Notes under the pieces: model-generated
Databases searched by the model: none
What the model was told of the DNA's origin: nothing
The model's input: only the letters and a program-made list of their open reading frames with translations
Made by a program: the position numbers and the translations under genes
In this document: one piece after another, positions 22,965 to 33,571 of the stretch
How positions within the stretch are numbered: the first letter of the stretch is position 1
Layout of the letters: the number at the start of each line of letters is the position of its first letter
Assembly: GCA_963719315.1 (NCBI GenBank)
Contig: CAVRBU010000002.1
Location: forward strand, 1,984,001-2,048,000
Direction: 5' to 3'
DNA from: an uncultured Planctomycetota bacterium
GTDB lineage: Bacteria; Planctomycetota; Planctomycetia; Pirellulales; Lacipirellulaceae
Length of the DNA: 64,000 nucleotides

Positions 22965-24641
22965 ATGGCCGACAACACCCCAGCACCCGAGCCCGCCGCT
23001 GCCGGTCATCGCATCGCCGCGATCGATGTCGGATCGAACAGCATTCGGCTGGTCGTGGCCGAGGTGCTGCCGTCCGGCGGTTATCGCGTGCTCGATGAAG
23101 AGCGCGAGAACACGCGGCTGGCTGCGGCTCTCACGAAGACGGGCCGGCTCGATCCGAAGGCGGCCGACACGACCGTCACCGTGCTCCGCAACTTCCTCTC
23201 GATCGCGGCCGGATACAACGTGAACCAAATCCGCGCGATCGGCACTAGTGCGCTTCGCGATGCCGAGGATGGCCACGAGTTTTGCGACCGCGTTCGCAAA
23301 GACCTTAAGCTCTCGATCGAGGTCATCTCGGCCAACGAGGAGGCTCGGCTCGCCTTTCTGAGCGTGGCCCGCGCGTTCGATATCTCGGGCCGCAAAGTGG
23401 CAGTGGCCGATATCGGCGGCGGCAGCACCGAACTCGTGCTCGCCTCGTCCGGGCTCGTGGACCAGGTGTATGAAACGAAACTGGGCGCGGTGCGCGTGGC
23501 CGAAGAGTGCAACGTTACGGGCCGCGTCAGCGACAAGCGCGTCGGCCAACTGCGCGAATTCATCGATCGCAAACTGAAGAAAGAAGTCGGCAAGCCGCCG
23601 TTCGTGCCCGATATGCTGTTCGGCACCGGCGGCACGTTCACGGCGCTGGCGTCGATCATCATGGCCCAGCAAGGAATCGCCGGCCAACCGATGTGGGGCT
23701 TCCGCGTCAGCCGCCCGCAGATTCGCCACCTCGTGGCCGACCTCGCGAACATGTCGCTCGAACGGCGGTGCAAAGTGGCCGGCCTCACGCCGCAACGGGC
23801 CGATATCATCGTCGCGGGATTGGCGATTATCGAACGGATCATGCGGCAACTGCGAGTGAATGTGGTGCAGGTCCACACCCGCGGCGTGCGCGATGGGCTG
23901 CTCCTCACGATGGTCCAGCTATCGCCGACACCGCCCGCCGTGCCGGCCGAGGATCGCCGCGCGGCCGTTGAGGAGTTCGCCAAAAACTGCGGCGTCGATC
24001 TGCCCCACGCCCGCCAAGTCGCCCGCATCGCCGGCACGCTCTGGCAGCAGCTCACCACGCCGCTCGGATTGAAGCTAGAAGACCGCGAGCTAATTGAATC
24101 GGCCGCTCTGATGGCGAACGTGGGTTACCTCATCAACTTCGAAGGGCATCACAAACATAGTTATCATCTGATCGTCAACAGCGAATTGCCCGGCTTCGAA
24201 CGCCGGCAGTTGCAGATCCTGGCAAACGTCGCCCGCTACCATCGCGGCGCCCGGCCCAAACAGCGGCACGAAAGCTTTTCCGAACTCTCGCTCGAAGACC
24301 AAAATCGCGTGCGCGAACTTGCCGCGATCCTGCGGCTGGCGCTCGCGCTCGATCGCACACATCAGCAAAACGTGGCCGACGTGCGGGCCCGCGTGCGTGA
24401 CGACCTGGTGCGAATCGTCATCCAATCGCAAGGCGACACGAATGTCGACCTGTGGGCGGCCGAGCGCAAGGTCGATCTGTTCGAGCAGGTGTTCGACCGC
24501 AAAGTCCGCTTTTCGGCCCGCAATGCCAATCAGCAAACCGCACTCGCCGCCGCGCCCGCGGCAGCCGCGCGGCCAGCCGCGACGGGGCCGGCCCCGTCAA
24601 AACCAAAACCAAGTCCAAGAAATCGACCCGATGACGTGTAG
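22965..24641 (+). CDS. ppx: Ppx/GppA exopolyphosphatase with HD-like C-terminal domain
   Basis: Motifs AAIDVGSNSIRL, TSALRDA, EEARL, DIGGGSTE, GTGGT, RADII, GVRDG, HHKHSYHLI. Confidence 0.93.
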   Translation: MADNTPAPEPAAAGHRIAAIDVGSNSIRLVVAEVLPSGGYRVLDEERENTRLAAALTKTGRLDPKAADTTVTVLRNFLSIAAGYNVNQIRAIGTSALRDAEDGHEFCDRVRKDLKLSIEVISANEEARLAFLSVARAFDISGRKVAVADIGGGSTELVLASSGLVDQVYETKLGAVRVAEECNVTGRVSDKRVGQLREFIDRKLKKEVGKPPFVPDMLFGTGGTFTALASIIMAQQGIAGQPMWGFRVSRPQIRHLVADLANMSLERRCKVAGLTPQRADIIVAGLAIIERIMRQLRVNVVQVHTRGVRDGLLLTMVQLSPTPPAVPAEDRRAAVEEFAKNCGVDLPHARQVARIAGTLWQQLTTPLGLKLEDRELIESAALMANVGYLINFEGHHKHSYHLIVNSELPGFERRQLQILANVARYHRGARPKQRHESFSELSLEDQNRVRELAAILRLALALDRTHQQNVADVRARVRDDLVRIVIQSQGDTNVDLWAAERKVDLFEQVFDRKVRFSARNANQQTALAAAPAAAARPAATGPAPSKPKPSPRNRPDDV

Positions 24642-24805
24642 GATGCGTCTCCGACACCGATGAAACCAAGGAATTGTTCGAGGAATCGGCCGCGGAGAGG
24701 CGTCCACACTGCTTTTGAGATCACCGTGCGCCGTATGCCACTCGCCGCGGCGAGTGCGAATCACGCGAGTCGGGCAGTTCGGGCAGAGCCAGTGGCACCC
24801 CGCGA

Positions 24806-25897
24806 TCAGGCTGCATATCCGAGAATCTGGAGCAGCCGCATGAGCCAGTAAGCGATCGTTGCCGCGACCGGAATCGTCAGCAGCCAGGCCCAGGCCATTT
24901 TTTCGACGATCGTCCACTTCAACGCGCTGAATCGCTTGGCCGCGCCAACTCCCATGATGGCCGCCGAGACATTGTGGGTTGTCGAGACGGGGATCCCGAA
25001 ATGAGACGCCAGGCCGATGATGGCCGCCGAACTCGTTTCGGCAGCGAATCCGTTTACCGGTTGAAGGTGGACCATCTTGTGCCCGAGCGTCTTGATGATC
25101 CGCCAACCGCCGCCGGCGGTCCCGGCGGCCATGACCAGCGCGCACATCACTTTGATCCAGATGGCAATCGTTAGGTTGTGCCCCGGCTCGGCGGGAGCGA
25201 CCTGCAGAAATGAAAGCCACTTCGGCAGATTCTCCAGGCGGCCCGACGCCGTGCCGGACGCCAATGCCAGGGCGATGATTCCCATCGTCTTCTGCGCGTC
25301 GTTCGTGCCGTGCATGAGTCCCATGCCCACAGCACTGAACATCTGGGCCTTGCCGAAAACTGCGTTCACCCTACGGGGCTTCCAGTTGCGGAGCAGCGCG
25401 TACAGCAGGCCCATGATGAAAAAGCCGAGCACAAAGCCCGCCAGCGGCGAGGCGAACATCGGGATGATGACTTTCCACAGCAATCCCTTGTTGGGATACC
25501 AGTGCTGGTGATCGGGCTGCGACCAGATGACGACGCTCCAACTTCGCGCCGATGCGACCGCGGCCCCCACCAGACCTCCCACCAAGGCATGACTCGAGCT
25601 GCTCGGCAGCCCCGCGCGCCACGTGACGATGTTCCACGCGATGGCGCCCAGCAGAGCGCAAATCAAGACTTCCTGCGAGGCGATCTGAGGATCGACCAGC
25701 CCCGAAGCGATGGTTGTCGCCACCGCCGTGCCCCACAGGGCGCCGATCAGGTTCGTGCAGGCCGCCATGACCACGGCCTGCCGCGGTGTGAGTACCCTGG
25801 TCGCAACGACCGTGGCGATCGAATTGGCCGTGTCGTGGAATCCGTTGATGTACTCGAAGACGAGCGCCATCAGGATCACGACGAAGATCAACGACAT
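24806..25897 (-). CDS. Inorganic phosphate transporter (PiT family)
   Basis: Motifs NGFHDTANSIAT, PSSSSHAL, HGTNDAQK, GIPVSTTH. Confidence 0.93.
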   Translation of the reverse strand: MSLIFVVILMALVFEYINGFHDTANSIATVVATRVLTPRQAVVMAACTNLIGALWGTAVATTIASGLVDPQIASQEVLICALLGAIAWNIVTWRAGLPSSSSHALVGGLVGAAVASARSWSVVIWSQPDHQHWYPNKGLLWKVIIPMFASPLAGFVLGFFIMGLLYALLRNWKPRRVNAVFGKAQMFSAVGMGLMHGTNDAQKTMGIIALALASGTASGRLENLPKWLSFLQVAPAEPGHNLTIAIWIKVMCALVMAAGTAGGGWRIIKTLGHKMVHLQPVNGFAAETSSAAIIGLASHFGIPVSTTHNVSAAIMGVGAAKRFSALKWTIVEKMAWAWLLTIPVAATIAYWLMRLLQILGYAA

Positions 25898-25913
25898 GGT
25901 GCGAGCTCGTGCC

Positions 25914-26542
25914 TCAGGAATTCTTGAGCACGATATGAGAAATGGCGTTGCCGCAATCTCGGCAGCGGTCGATGGCCCTTTCAAGCAAATCGTACAGATC
26001 GCGGACCATCATGGCCTGCAGCGGTTCGAACTTGCCGGCGTAGACTTCGCGTAAGAGGTCGAGCATCACGTCGTCGGCCTCCCCTTCGATGCCCTGCAGT
26101 CGGTCATTCATCGCCTTGACCGTTTCCAGCGGAGGCATCTTCCGCAACAGACGGACCATTTGCGAGAGCGTTTCAGTGGCTCGCCGCATGAGCTCCACCT
26201 GCCGAGTGAAGTCGACGACCGCGAGTCGTTGGGCGCAAGATTGTAACGCTCCGCGAACTTTTCGATCACCTTGCAAATGCGGTACATCGAGTACGACAGC
26301 GTCTCGATGTCTTCACGCTCCAGTCCGGTAACGAATGTGTTCACCAATTCCTGGCTGATCTGCTCGGTGATGAGCTTGTCTTTGTCGCGCGCAAGGGCGA
26401 ACTCGTGCAGAGGGTGCGGATGGCTGCCGTTCTTAAGCAACTCGACCAGCAAAAGGGTCAAGGCTTGGGTTTCGTCGGCGCTGGCTTCCAGCAGGGCGAA
26501 AAACTTAGCGTCGTGGCTGAAGTATTTCTGGACGGAAAACAT
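25914..26542 (-). CDS. DUF47 (PhoU-like phosphate transport regulator), apparent frameshift near 26232
   Basis: N-half ..D.LITEQISQELVNTFVTGLEREDI and C-half IEGEADD..YDLLERAIDRCRD..IVLKN lie in adjacent frames. Adding one C to a C3 run restores a single ORF. Standard DUF47-pit gene order. Confidence 0.85.
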
Positions 26543-26824
26543 CGTTCTGGCTCGCGGAATTTCACGCAATTGAACACGCTATCGACCGCTCTGGCGGATG
26601 AGTGATCTTCGCTTAAACCTTCGGCCGTCGCAAGACTCCGGTTGGTCGAGGCGGGCGTTGGCGGTAAACGTCGGGGACGGCGTTGCGGGAATTATCGGAC
26701 TTCGCGCAAGAATCTGTTGTCGAAACGTCGATGACGAGGCTTTGTCGTGAATTCCGGCCCGTCGAGGACGGCCGCCACGGGCATGCACTCGCCGCGGCGA
26801 GCGGCGCCCTGAGTCAGGGCGGGA

Positions 26825-27787
26825 TTAGAACAGCCGGCGTTGGGGCGCGGGATGAAGCGGGTAGGCATTGAAGCCGATGTCGCGGAGGTGGTCGGCGAAT
26901 TCGGGGGGGCCGTGGGTGCAGAAGATTTCGCGCGGGTTGACTTGCCGCACTGTTTCGATGAGCTGGTCGAAGTCGGCGTGATCGGAGAGTGGCAGGGCGT
27001 GGTCGACGCCTAGGCGGTATTTGGTGCTTTCGTCTTGGGCCCAGCCGGTTACGGCGATCGAAACGGTCGGACCCAGGCCGGGCAGGCGAAACTCGCGGGC
27101 GGCGCGGGGCAACGTGATGACGGCGTGGCCGTCGATCGGGCGGCCGTCGAAGAGAGCGAAGTCGCCGAGGTCGATGCCGCATTGTTGGTAGATGCGGCTG
27201 ACTTCGTAGACCGTGCGTTGTTGCAGCACGTGCACGCCGCTGGTTGTGAGCAGCTTGGTGACTTCCTGCGATTTGCCGAGCGGGTAGGCGTGAATGACGG
27301 GTGTCTTGCCGTCGGCGAGCGTTGCGTGGACCAGTTCCAACAAGCGGGCAACCGTCGCTGCCCGCGGCGGCAATCGATATTGTGGGCGGCCGAAGGTGGA
27401 CTCCATGACGAGGATGTCGGCGTGGGGCAGCTCGGCTGGTACGGAAGTCGCCGATTCACCGAGTTTGAAATCGCCCGTGTAAAGGAGCGATTGCGTGCCG
27501 TCATCGGCGAGCAGCATGGCCGATCCTAGGCAGTGGCCGGCGGGGAGCGCGGTGAGCTGCAGGTTGGCGAACTCGATCGGCACGCGGTATTGCATTTCCT
27601 GCACGCGACGCTGTGCGCCGAGTCGATGCTTATACAAACAGGCGGTGCCGGCCGTGGCGAGAGCCAGTTCGTGGCGGGCGATATGGTCGGTATGGGCGTG
27701 CGAGACGAAACAGCGCGGTTGGCGGCGGCGGACGTCGACGGCGAGTTGGGCGGCGGTGAGAAACAAGCCGGCGTTGTAGTGGAACAT
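26825..27787 (-). CDS. MBL-fold beta-CASP-type nuclease (ligase-associated exonuclease-like)
   Basis: Motifs SHAHTDH, AGHCLGSA, YTGD, ESTFG, LGKSQE, LSDHAD, THG. Confidence 0.85.
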   Translation of the reverse strand: MFHYNAGLFLTAAQLAVDVRRRQPRCFVSHAHTDHIARHELALATAGTACLYKHRLGAQRRVQEMQYRVPIEFANLQLTALPAGHCLGSAMLLADDGTQSLLYTGDFKLGESATSVPAELPHADILVMESTFGRPQYRLPPRAATVARLLELVHATLADGKTPVIHAYPLGKSQEVTKLLTTSGVHVLQQRTVYEVSRIYQQCGIDLGDFALFDGRPIDGHAVITLPRAAREFRLPGLGPTVSIAVTGWAQDESTKYRLGVDHALPLSDHADFDQLIETVRQVNPREIFCTHGPPEFADHLRDIGFNAYPLHPAPQRRLF

Positions 27788-28056
27788 TGTGGAGATTGGA
27801 ATGGACAAGGAGGCAAAGAGTGGGGGAGACAAGGAGGAAGTGGGCCCGCGCCTCGCCTGTTCGACTCAGCGTGAATTCTATACGATCACAGTCACGTACG
27901 TCGGTGCGAAAGAGGATTAATCCGAAAGAGGAATAAGAGGTACGTGTCTGCTGTTGCAAATACACTTTTAGAACACTAATTTCCGCTAATTGTCACTATT
28001 CCCAATTAGCGACGATAACCGGAGATTAGCGTTCCAAATGAACTGGAACTTAAGGG

Positions 28057-28911
28057 ATGAATTTGGGTTGGTTCGAAATCATCGTGCTGGGGATCGTGCA
28101 GGGATTGACGGAGTTTATCCCGATTAGCAGCACCGCGCATATGAAGATCGTGCCGGCTTTGTTCGGTTGGGGTGATCCGGGCGCCGCGTTTACGGCGGTG
28201 GTGCAGATCGGGACGTTGGCCGCCGTGTTGTCTTACTTTTGGCGCGACATCGTGCGGATTCTGGCCGCGATGTTCGCCGACTTGCGCCGCGGCAAATTGG
28301 CGACAACGCACGACGCGCTGATGGGTTGGATGATCGGAATCGGCACGATTCCGATCGTCGTCGTGGGACTGCTGTTTCGTCACGAAATTAAATCGGAGCT
28401 GCGGTCGTTGTATGTCATGAGCGCGGCACTGGCGGGCGTCGCGGTGCTGCTGGCGATTGCGGAGTGGTGGGTGCGCCGTCGGGAAGCGGCCGGCATTCGA
28501 GGCCGCGACATCGAGCAAGTCGGTTGGGCCGATGCGATCGTGGTCGGGTGTGCCCAAGCATGTGCGCTGGTGCCGGGCACGTCGCGGTCGGGATCGACGA
28601 TTCTTGGTGGGCTTGCACGAGGGCTGACGCGGGAAGCGGCGGCACGGTTTTCGTTTCTGCTGTCGATCCCGTCCGTTTTCGCGGCGGCCGTGTTGGAACT
28701 ATTCGAAGAGCGCGAGGCGCTGTTGGCCAATTCGCAAGATGCGGCAAAGCTGGTCGTCGCCGTGGTGGTGGCCGGCGCGGTGGGCTACGTCACAATTCCG
28801 TGGCTGCTGGGCTATCTTCGAACGCGGACGACGACGGTGTTCATTGTGTACCGTCTGCTGCTGGCCGGCGTGTTGCTATGGCTTCTTGGCAGCGGGTGGA
28901 TTACTTCCTGA
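28057..28911 (+). CDS. uppP: Undecaprenyl-diphosphate phosphatase
   Basis: Motifs GIVQGLTEFIPISSTAH, PGTSRSGSTI, AARFSFLLSIP, FIVYR. Confidence 0.96.
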   Translation: MNLGWFEIIVLGIVQGLTEFIPISSTAHMKIVPALFGWGDPGAAFTAVVQIGTLAAVLSYFWRDIVRILAAMFADLRRGKLATTHDALMGWMIGIGTIPIVVVGLLFRHEIKSELRSLYVMSAALAGVAVLLAIAEWWVRRREAAGIRGRDIEQVGWADAIVVGCAQACALVPGTSRSGSTILGGLARGLTREAAARFSFLLSIPSVFAAAVLELFEEREALLANSQDAAKLVVAVVVAGAVGYVTIPWLLGYLRTRTTTVFIVYRLLLAGVLLWLLGSGWITS

Positions 28912-29487
28912 CGCGGCGGGCGCGTCTTTCGACGAGTTCTCTTTTTCGGACGCCCGTTTTTCACCAGCCGCGTGAATCTCGCCGAACAGGTTTCCGCTAT
29001 GTTCGCCGTGCTTCCAGTAGCCGGCGTAGTGGCCATCGAAGAACAGGACGCGGGCCGAGACGCTGCCGAAGCCGGAGAGCGAAACTTCATCGACGACGAC
29101 GATCGGCGTGTCACCGGCCCAGCGGATGGGCAGCAGGATGGGGAGCGTGACGTCTGTGCCGCCGTATTGGATGCGGGTGGGGAATTGCCAGATATCGCCG
29201 GCGAGTTTCTTCACTTCGCCCAGGGTGTACTTTTCGCGGGCAAGTTTGGTGGGCTCGCTGCCGGGGCCGGAACTGGTGAAGCTGCCTTCAAGCGTAGCGC
29301 CGCTGAGCATTTTGGAGAGCTTGGCTTCAAGCTCGGCTTGCCGATCAGCAGGTTTTCCAGCGGTGGGCGCCGCCTGCGTGTTTTGCTGTTCGGGTTGTTG
29401 CTCGGCTACGGCAAGCGCGGCCGTCGCGCAAATTGCGAAAGCAGCGGGCAGCAGCGAAGAAGTCAAGCGAACCGAAGCGATTGACAT
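28876..29487 (-). CDS. Secreted hypothetical protein
   Basis: SD GAGGAG, signal peptide, and a compact beta-rich domain (IRWAGDTPIV..GSVSARVLF). Confidence 0.75.
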   Translation of the reverse strand: MSIASVRLTSSLLPAAFAICATAALAVAEQQPEQQNTQAAPTAGKPADRQAELEAKLSKMLSGATLEGSFTSSGPGSEPTKLAREKYTLGEVKKLAGDIWQFPTRIQYGGTDVTLPILLPIRWAGDTPIVVVDEVSLSGFGSVSARVLFFDGHYAGYWKHGEHSGNLFGEIHAAGEKRASEKENSSKDAPAASGSNPPAAKKP

Positions 29488-29565
29488 GGCAAGGCTCCTC
29501 TCAGGTGAATCGCTTAGACCGTCGTCGCACACAGTTTATACGATTTGAGGCGCTTTGCACAAAAA

Positions 29566-29649
29566 GTAGGTCCTGCTTGCCGAGCAGGACCTCGGAGGGC
29601 TTGCGGACAACGGATTTACGTCGAAGTTCCTTCCGGCGGTACGGACTAG
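29566..29649. repeat. GTAG-type REP element (copy 1 of the GTAGGTCC family)
   Basis: GTAGGTCCTGCTTGCCGAGCAGGACC hairpin plus a degenerate partner; same family as 40150-40233. Confidence 0.7.
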
Positions 29650-29774
29650 ACTTCTTCGGGCTACGCCCGACATGAGGGAGCGCGGCACATAAAGCGCGCT
29701 GGGGGCTCACTTCGTTCAACCCCTGCCACCCTTCATCATTGCGTCCTGGGACAGACAGGAATTCCTGTCTCACG

Positions 29775-30518
29775 TCATCGGCGCAGGCCTTTGTAGAACT
29801 GGGCAGTGTCCATGTAGTGGGCATGGGCGGTCATGCTCGCGGAGTTCGGAGCGCCGCTTCCGGAGGACAAGTTTTGCAATTGGCCGCGGAGCTGTTGAAG
29901 TTCGGCCGCTTGTTGGCGGTTGGCTTCCTGTTGCTGCAACTGCGGTCGGACGAATGCGAAGTAGTTGGGCAGGTTGTTGTCGATATCTCGGCGGTACATG
30001 TTCAGATAAGGGCTAATCGCGGGCTCCGACTGCACGGACTGAAATGGCTTGCCGCGGAGCCGCGAGCGTGGGGCGGACTGTCTCGGTTGGACGGGCGCGG
30101 GTCGCGGAATTTTGTTGAGCGTCGCTTGTGCGTTGGCGCTCGCATAGGCATTCACGGTCGTTGGCGCACGGCCCATGGTCGGGGCATGCACCAGCGACGG
30201 GGCGGTGTTTGGCGCGGCGTAAGCGGTCTGGCGGACGGGGTAGTTTGCGACTGGCCGCGGCGCGGGTCCCGTTGGAGCGGCTGTACGCGGTGGCGCGTAT
30301 TCAGGCTGTTGCGGAACTTGTTCCAGATTCTGTCCGGCTGGTTGCTGCGGAGCGGGTCGTGCGGACGGAGTCGCAGGTTCCGCAGAGGGTGCGAATTGAA
30401 TCGTGGATTTAGCGAATTCAATTGGGGCGACGGCTTGAGACGAATGCGCTGCGAACACGAAGGATAAAACTGTGAGTGCGGCGGAATACTGAGAACACTT
30501 ACGCATTGCAGCCTCCAT
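29775..30518 (-). CDS. Secreted Pro/Gln/Ala-rich hypothetical protein
   Basis: Signal peptide, low-complexity middle, and ISPYLNMYR..LPNYFAFVRPQLQQ motif. Confidence 0.7.
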   Translation of the reverse strand: MEAAMRKCSQYSAALTVLSFVFAAHSSQAVAPIEFAKSTIQFAPSAEPATPSARPAPQQPAGQNLEQVPQQPEYAPPRTAAPTGPAPRPVANYPVRQTAYAAPNTAPSLVHAPTMGRAPTTVNAYASANAQATLNKIPRPAPVQPRQSAPRSRLRGKPFQSVQSEPAISPYLNMYRRDIDNNLPNYFAFVRPQLQQQEANRQQAAELQQLRGQLQNLSSGSGAPNSASMTAHAHYMDTAQFYKGLRR

Positions 30519-30729
30519 GCTGAATTTCTGGATCGGACGGGGATGGGCGTTTTGAAATTAACGAGGGGCCGAACTAGTTGAGGGCGCAACGGCGTGGCCG
30601 CCGCCGCTAAAGGCGCTGCCTCGCGATGATTTTTGATCGGCGCGCGGCACGCCTTACCTAATCGTCAAAGTCGATCCAATAACTTGCGGTCAACCGCGCG
30701 AATGATGAGCCGCCAGCATGACAGCAATG

Positions 30730-33204
30730 CTACCGAGCGCGGCGGCGCGGGCGAAATGAGAGCGAAGCCACGGAGCCGACGAGGAGCAGCGCGAGCGCGG
30801 TGGGTTCGGGCACCGAAGCCGCCAAGCTGCTTTCGCTTCCGGAACCGGCGCCGGTCCAGGGCATGGGGTGCCCGGCGTTTCGCTGCCAGAAGAGGAAGTC
30901 GTCGCCGTCAACGTCGCCATCGCCGTCGGCATCGCCCTGCACGACCGAGGCACCGGAGGTGATGCCGACATTCGCGAGCCAAATGTTGAGGTCCAGACCG
31001 TTTACGACGCCGTCGCCGTTGAAATCCGGACCGATCGCCGCGGGATGCGACACGACCGAAACCAACACGCTGTTGGACGTATAAATCGGAACCAACGCGG
31101 TGGTCGCAGGCAGGCCGAACGTCGCCAGATTCGGAAACGACACCAGGCTGAAGTCGGGCATCGTGGAGAGGTCAACCTTGGGATAGTTCGGATCCGACAG
31201 ATCGACGCCGCCCAAATTGCCGGTGACGCTGATGATTTGAAACGAATCGCCGACGTGGAGCGTGCCGGGAGAAAAACCGCTAAGGGTGAGGCTCAACTTA
31301 CCGGCGATGCCGCCGTCGCCGGCGGAGAATATCTGATTCGCGTTGTCGGGAGTGAGCGTTAGTTTCAAATCGCCGGCCGTGACGAAGCTGTGCCGGGCCA
31401 GAACTTCGATGATTGCGCCGCCGCTGATGTTGATGACGCCGGCGTTGATCAGATCGTTCTCGAATGTGACTTTTGTGCCGGGACCGGAGACGGTGATGAT
31501 TCCCCCGTCGGCTGGCATGACCACCGGCCCAGCCAGGTTGACGACGTTGCCCGTGACGTAGTTATTGCCGGCCGTAAAGGCCATCATGCCGCTGTTCAGC
31601 AGGCCAGAGCGGAATCGCAGGATGGAATGTTGGGCGGAGATCAAGCCGCCGTAAAAATCTCCGATCGGTGCTCCGACGGGTCTAGCGATGCGCAGATTCA
31701 GGAAGGGCTGAATCGGATTTTGCGGATCGGCCGGGGCCCGCTCGAACTCGAGTTCGGCTTTCGCGTCCTCTGTGCCAAATACTTGCATAACGCCGTAGTT
31801 CGCCAAGGCGGTGATATCCGAGCTGGCGTCCACGACTTGAGACGACGAATCAATGATCAGATGTTCGTTGGGACCAACGCGCACTTCACCCAGGTAGCGA
31901 TTGCGAAATGTGCCGGTGAGGATGCGGCCACTGCCTTGGATCACGCCGTCGTTCAAGACGATCGTGGTGTCGCCGCGAGCGTCGGTGGCCGTTCCGCCGC
32001 CGACATTGATCGTTCCGTTGTTGGAGAGAATGACGCGGCCGAACCTGCCGATCGCGAGGTATAAATCGTCCTGGGTGGGGTCGGCCGTGCCGAGGGCGCT
32101 GTGAACATTTACTAGTGCGCCATCCTGCACGTACAGCGTGCCGTGCCCGGCTTCGCTGTTGTAATCCGCGGTAGCGCCGGTCAGATCGATGCCCAGGGGG
32201 CCGCTGTTTAGATGGAATCCGCCGATTTGGAGCGTGCCGCCGACGATCCATTTCGAAGCGGCGCCGTTCACGGTCACGGTGCCGACGCCGCCGCCCTCCG
32301 GGATCTCGGCTAGCTGAAAGGGATCGGCGCCGATCGACGCGGCAACGGTGAAATTGCCGGCGAGTGAGCCCAGCACGTCGTTTTGAACGGTGCCGCCGTT
32401 CGTGATCGTCATATAACCCACGCCGAGTCGGCCGATGAGCATCAAATGCGGATCGGTGTTGATGGTGCCCGTGTCGAATCCGCCGCTGCCCAGAAAGGAG
32501 TCGAACCCATCGACGAGAATGCTACCCGTGGAACTCGTATCGTTGGCGACGACGACGGCATCTTGAATCTCGGCCCGAGCGCCGGCGCTGATTTCGAGCG
32601 TGCCGTTGCCGGCGCGACCGACGTAGAGATCGTATCCCACGTCGGGGGGCCGGGGAGTTTGGCTCGAAAAATTAGCGGGCAGACCGGGTGGAATGATGTT
32701 CGGGTCGTTATTGTACAGCGAACCGAAGCCGGTGATGCGGACGACGCCGGTGCCGGTGCGCATCACGCCGCCGCGCATTCCCATATCGCCAATGATGAGG
32801 TCTTCGTCGCGGAGCGCCGATTCGCCGTCGATGAGCAGCGTGCCAAAGGCCGATTGGCCGACGATGATTTCGGGGATATTCACGTTGGTGTCGTCGGCTG
32901 GAATGCCGGTACCGGCATCGATATGTCGGCCCTCGTAAAAAGTCTGATGATCGGGGGCCTCGAACGGATTAACCGAGTTTCCTGAGCCCGGCAAGCCTTC
33001 GTTCACTAAGAGCGTGAACGGATCATCGGCCGGCGTTACGTCGCCCGTAACGAGCACGCTGGCCGACGCCAAGCGCGCCGCGGAAAGGGACGCCAGAAGC
33101 AGCACGGCTTGGATTCGGCGGCGCGGGGCAACGGGGCAACGCGCGAGCGCGCGTTCGCGGCCCAGCAATCGGCGAATGAAGTCGAATATTCGATGAAGAT
33201 GCAT
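30730..33204 (-). CDS. Large PEP-CTERM surface protein with beta-repeat region and dockerin-like EF-hands
   Basis: Repeats xGxxGxGTLxI; DFNGDGVVNGLDL and GDADGDGDVDGDDFLFWQRN; C-terminal VPEP + TM + RPRRRAR. Start placed after SD GAGGGA. Confidence 0.85.
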   Translation of the reverse strand: MHLHRIFDFIRRLLGRERALARCPVAPRRRIQAVLLLASLSAARLASASVLVTGDVTPADDPFTLLVNEGLPGSGNSVNPFEAPDHQTFYEGRHIDAGTGIPADDTNVNIPEIIVGQSAFGTLLIDGESALRDEDLIIGDMGMRGGVMRTGTGVVRITGFGSLYNNDPNIIPPGLPANFSSQTPRPPDVGYDLYVGRAGNGTLEISAGARAEIQDAVVVANDTSSTGSILVDGFDSFLGSGGFDTGTINTDPHLMLIGRLGVGYMTITNGGTVQNDVLGSLAGNFTVAASIGADPFQLAEIPEGGGVGTVTVNGAASKWIVGGTLQIGGFHLNSGPLGIDLTGATADYNSEAGHGTLYVQDGALVNVHSALGTADPTQDDLYLAIGRFGRVILSNNGTINVGGGTATDARGDTTIVLNDGVIQGSGRILTGTFRNRYLGEVRVGPNEHLIIDSSSQVVDASSDITALANYGVMQVFGTEDAKAELEFERAPADPQNPIQPFLNLRIARPVGAPIGDFYGGLISAQHSILRFRSGLLNSGMMAFTAGNNYVTGNVVNLAGPVVMPADGGIITVSGPGTKVTFENDLINAGVINISGGAIIEVLARHSFVTAGDLKLTLTPDNANQIFSAGDGGIAGKLSLTLSGFSPGTLHVGDSFQIISVTGNLGGVDLSDPNYPKVDLSTMPDFSLVSFPNLATFGLPATTALVPIYTSNSVLVSVVSHPAAIGPDFNGDGVVNGLDLNIWLANVGITSGASVVQGDADGDGDVDGDDFLFWQRNAGHPMPWTGAGSGSESSLAASVPEPTALALLLVGSVASLSFRPRRRAR

Positions 33205-33571
33205 GGACGTCCCTCTTCGCGCCTCAAGTGAGGCGCGTGTACCCCTTGTCGCAGCATGATGCTGGCCAGCACTGCCGCGACACTGTTTGTTGCCTCTGTC
33301 CACTAAACGATGAAAACGCTGACGATGCCATTCGGCACGTCTTGGTATCAATTGCGCAAAAAAGATTCGATCGGCCACCCAGCGGCCGTTCGGATCCATC
33401 TCAGATGTTCCGGCAACCTCCATCTTCACTAAGGTTTACGTAAAAAGCAACCATTTCGTCGGCTGCGAAGGCGGAGGCCAGAACGTCCCGCCGCCAAGTA
33501 GGGGCCTGTGGCAAAAGGGTTTACGGCGACGTGAGAGGCGCGGCCGCGAGAGAGTTGGCCTATTGGCGGGC

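Noticed and set aside
21206..26542. Programmed frameshifting or pseudogene status for the DUF1559 and DUF47 genes
   Set aside because: There is no slippery heptamer or other sign of decay. A single missing C explains each, consistent with sequencing error.
33254..33270. GG-N10-GC sigma54-like site upstream of the PEP-CTERM gene (minus strand TGGCCAGCATCATGCT)
   Set aside because: Poor match to TGGCAC-N5-TTGC, and likely to arise by chance in GC-rich DNA.
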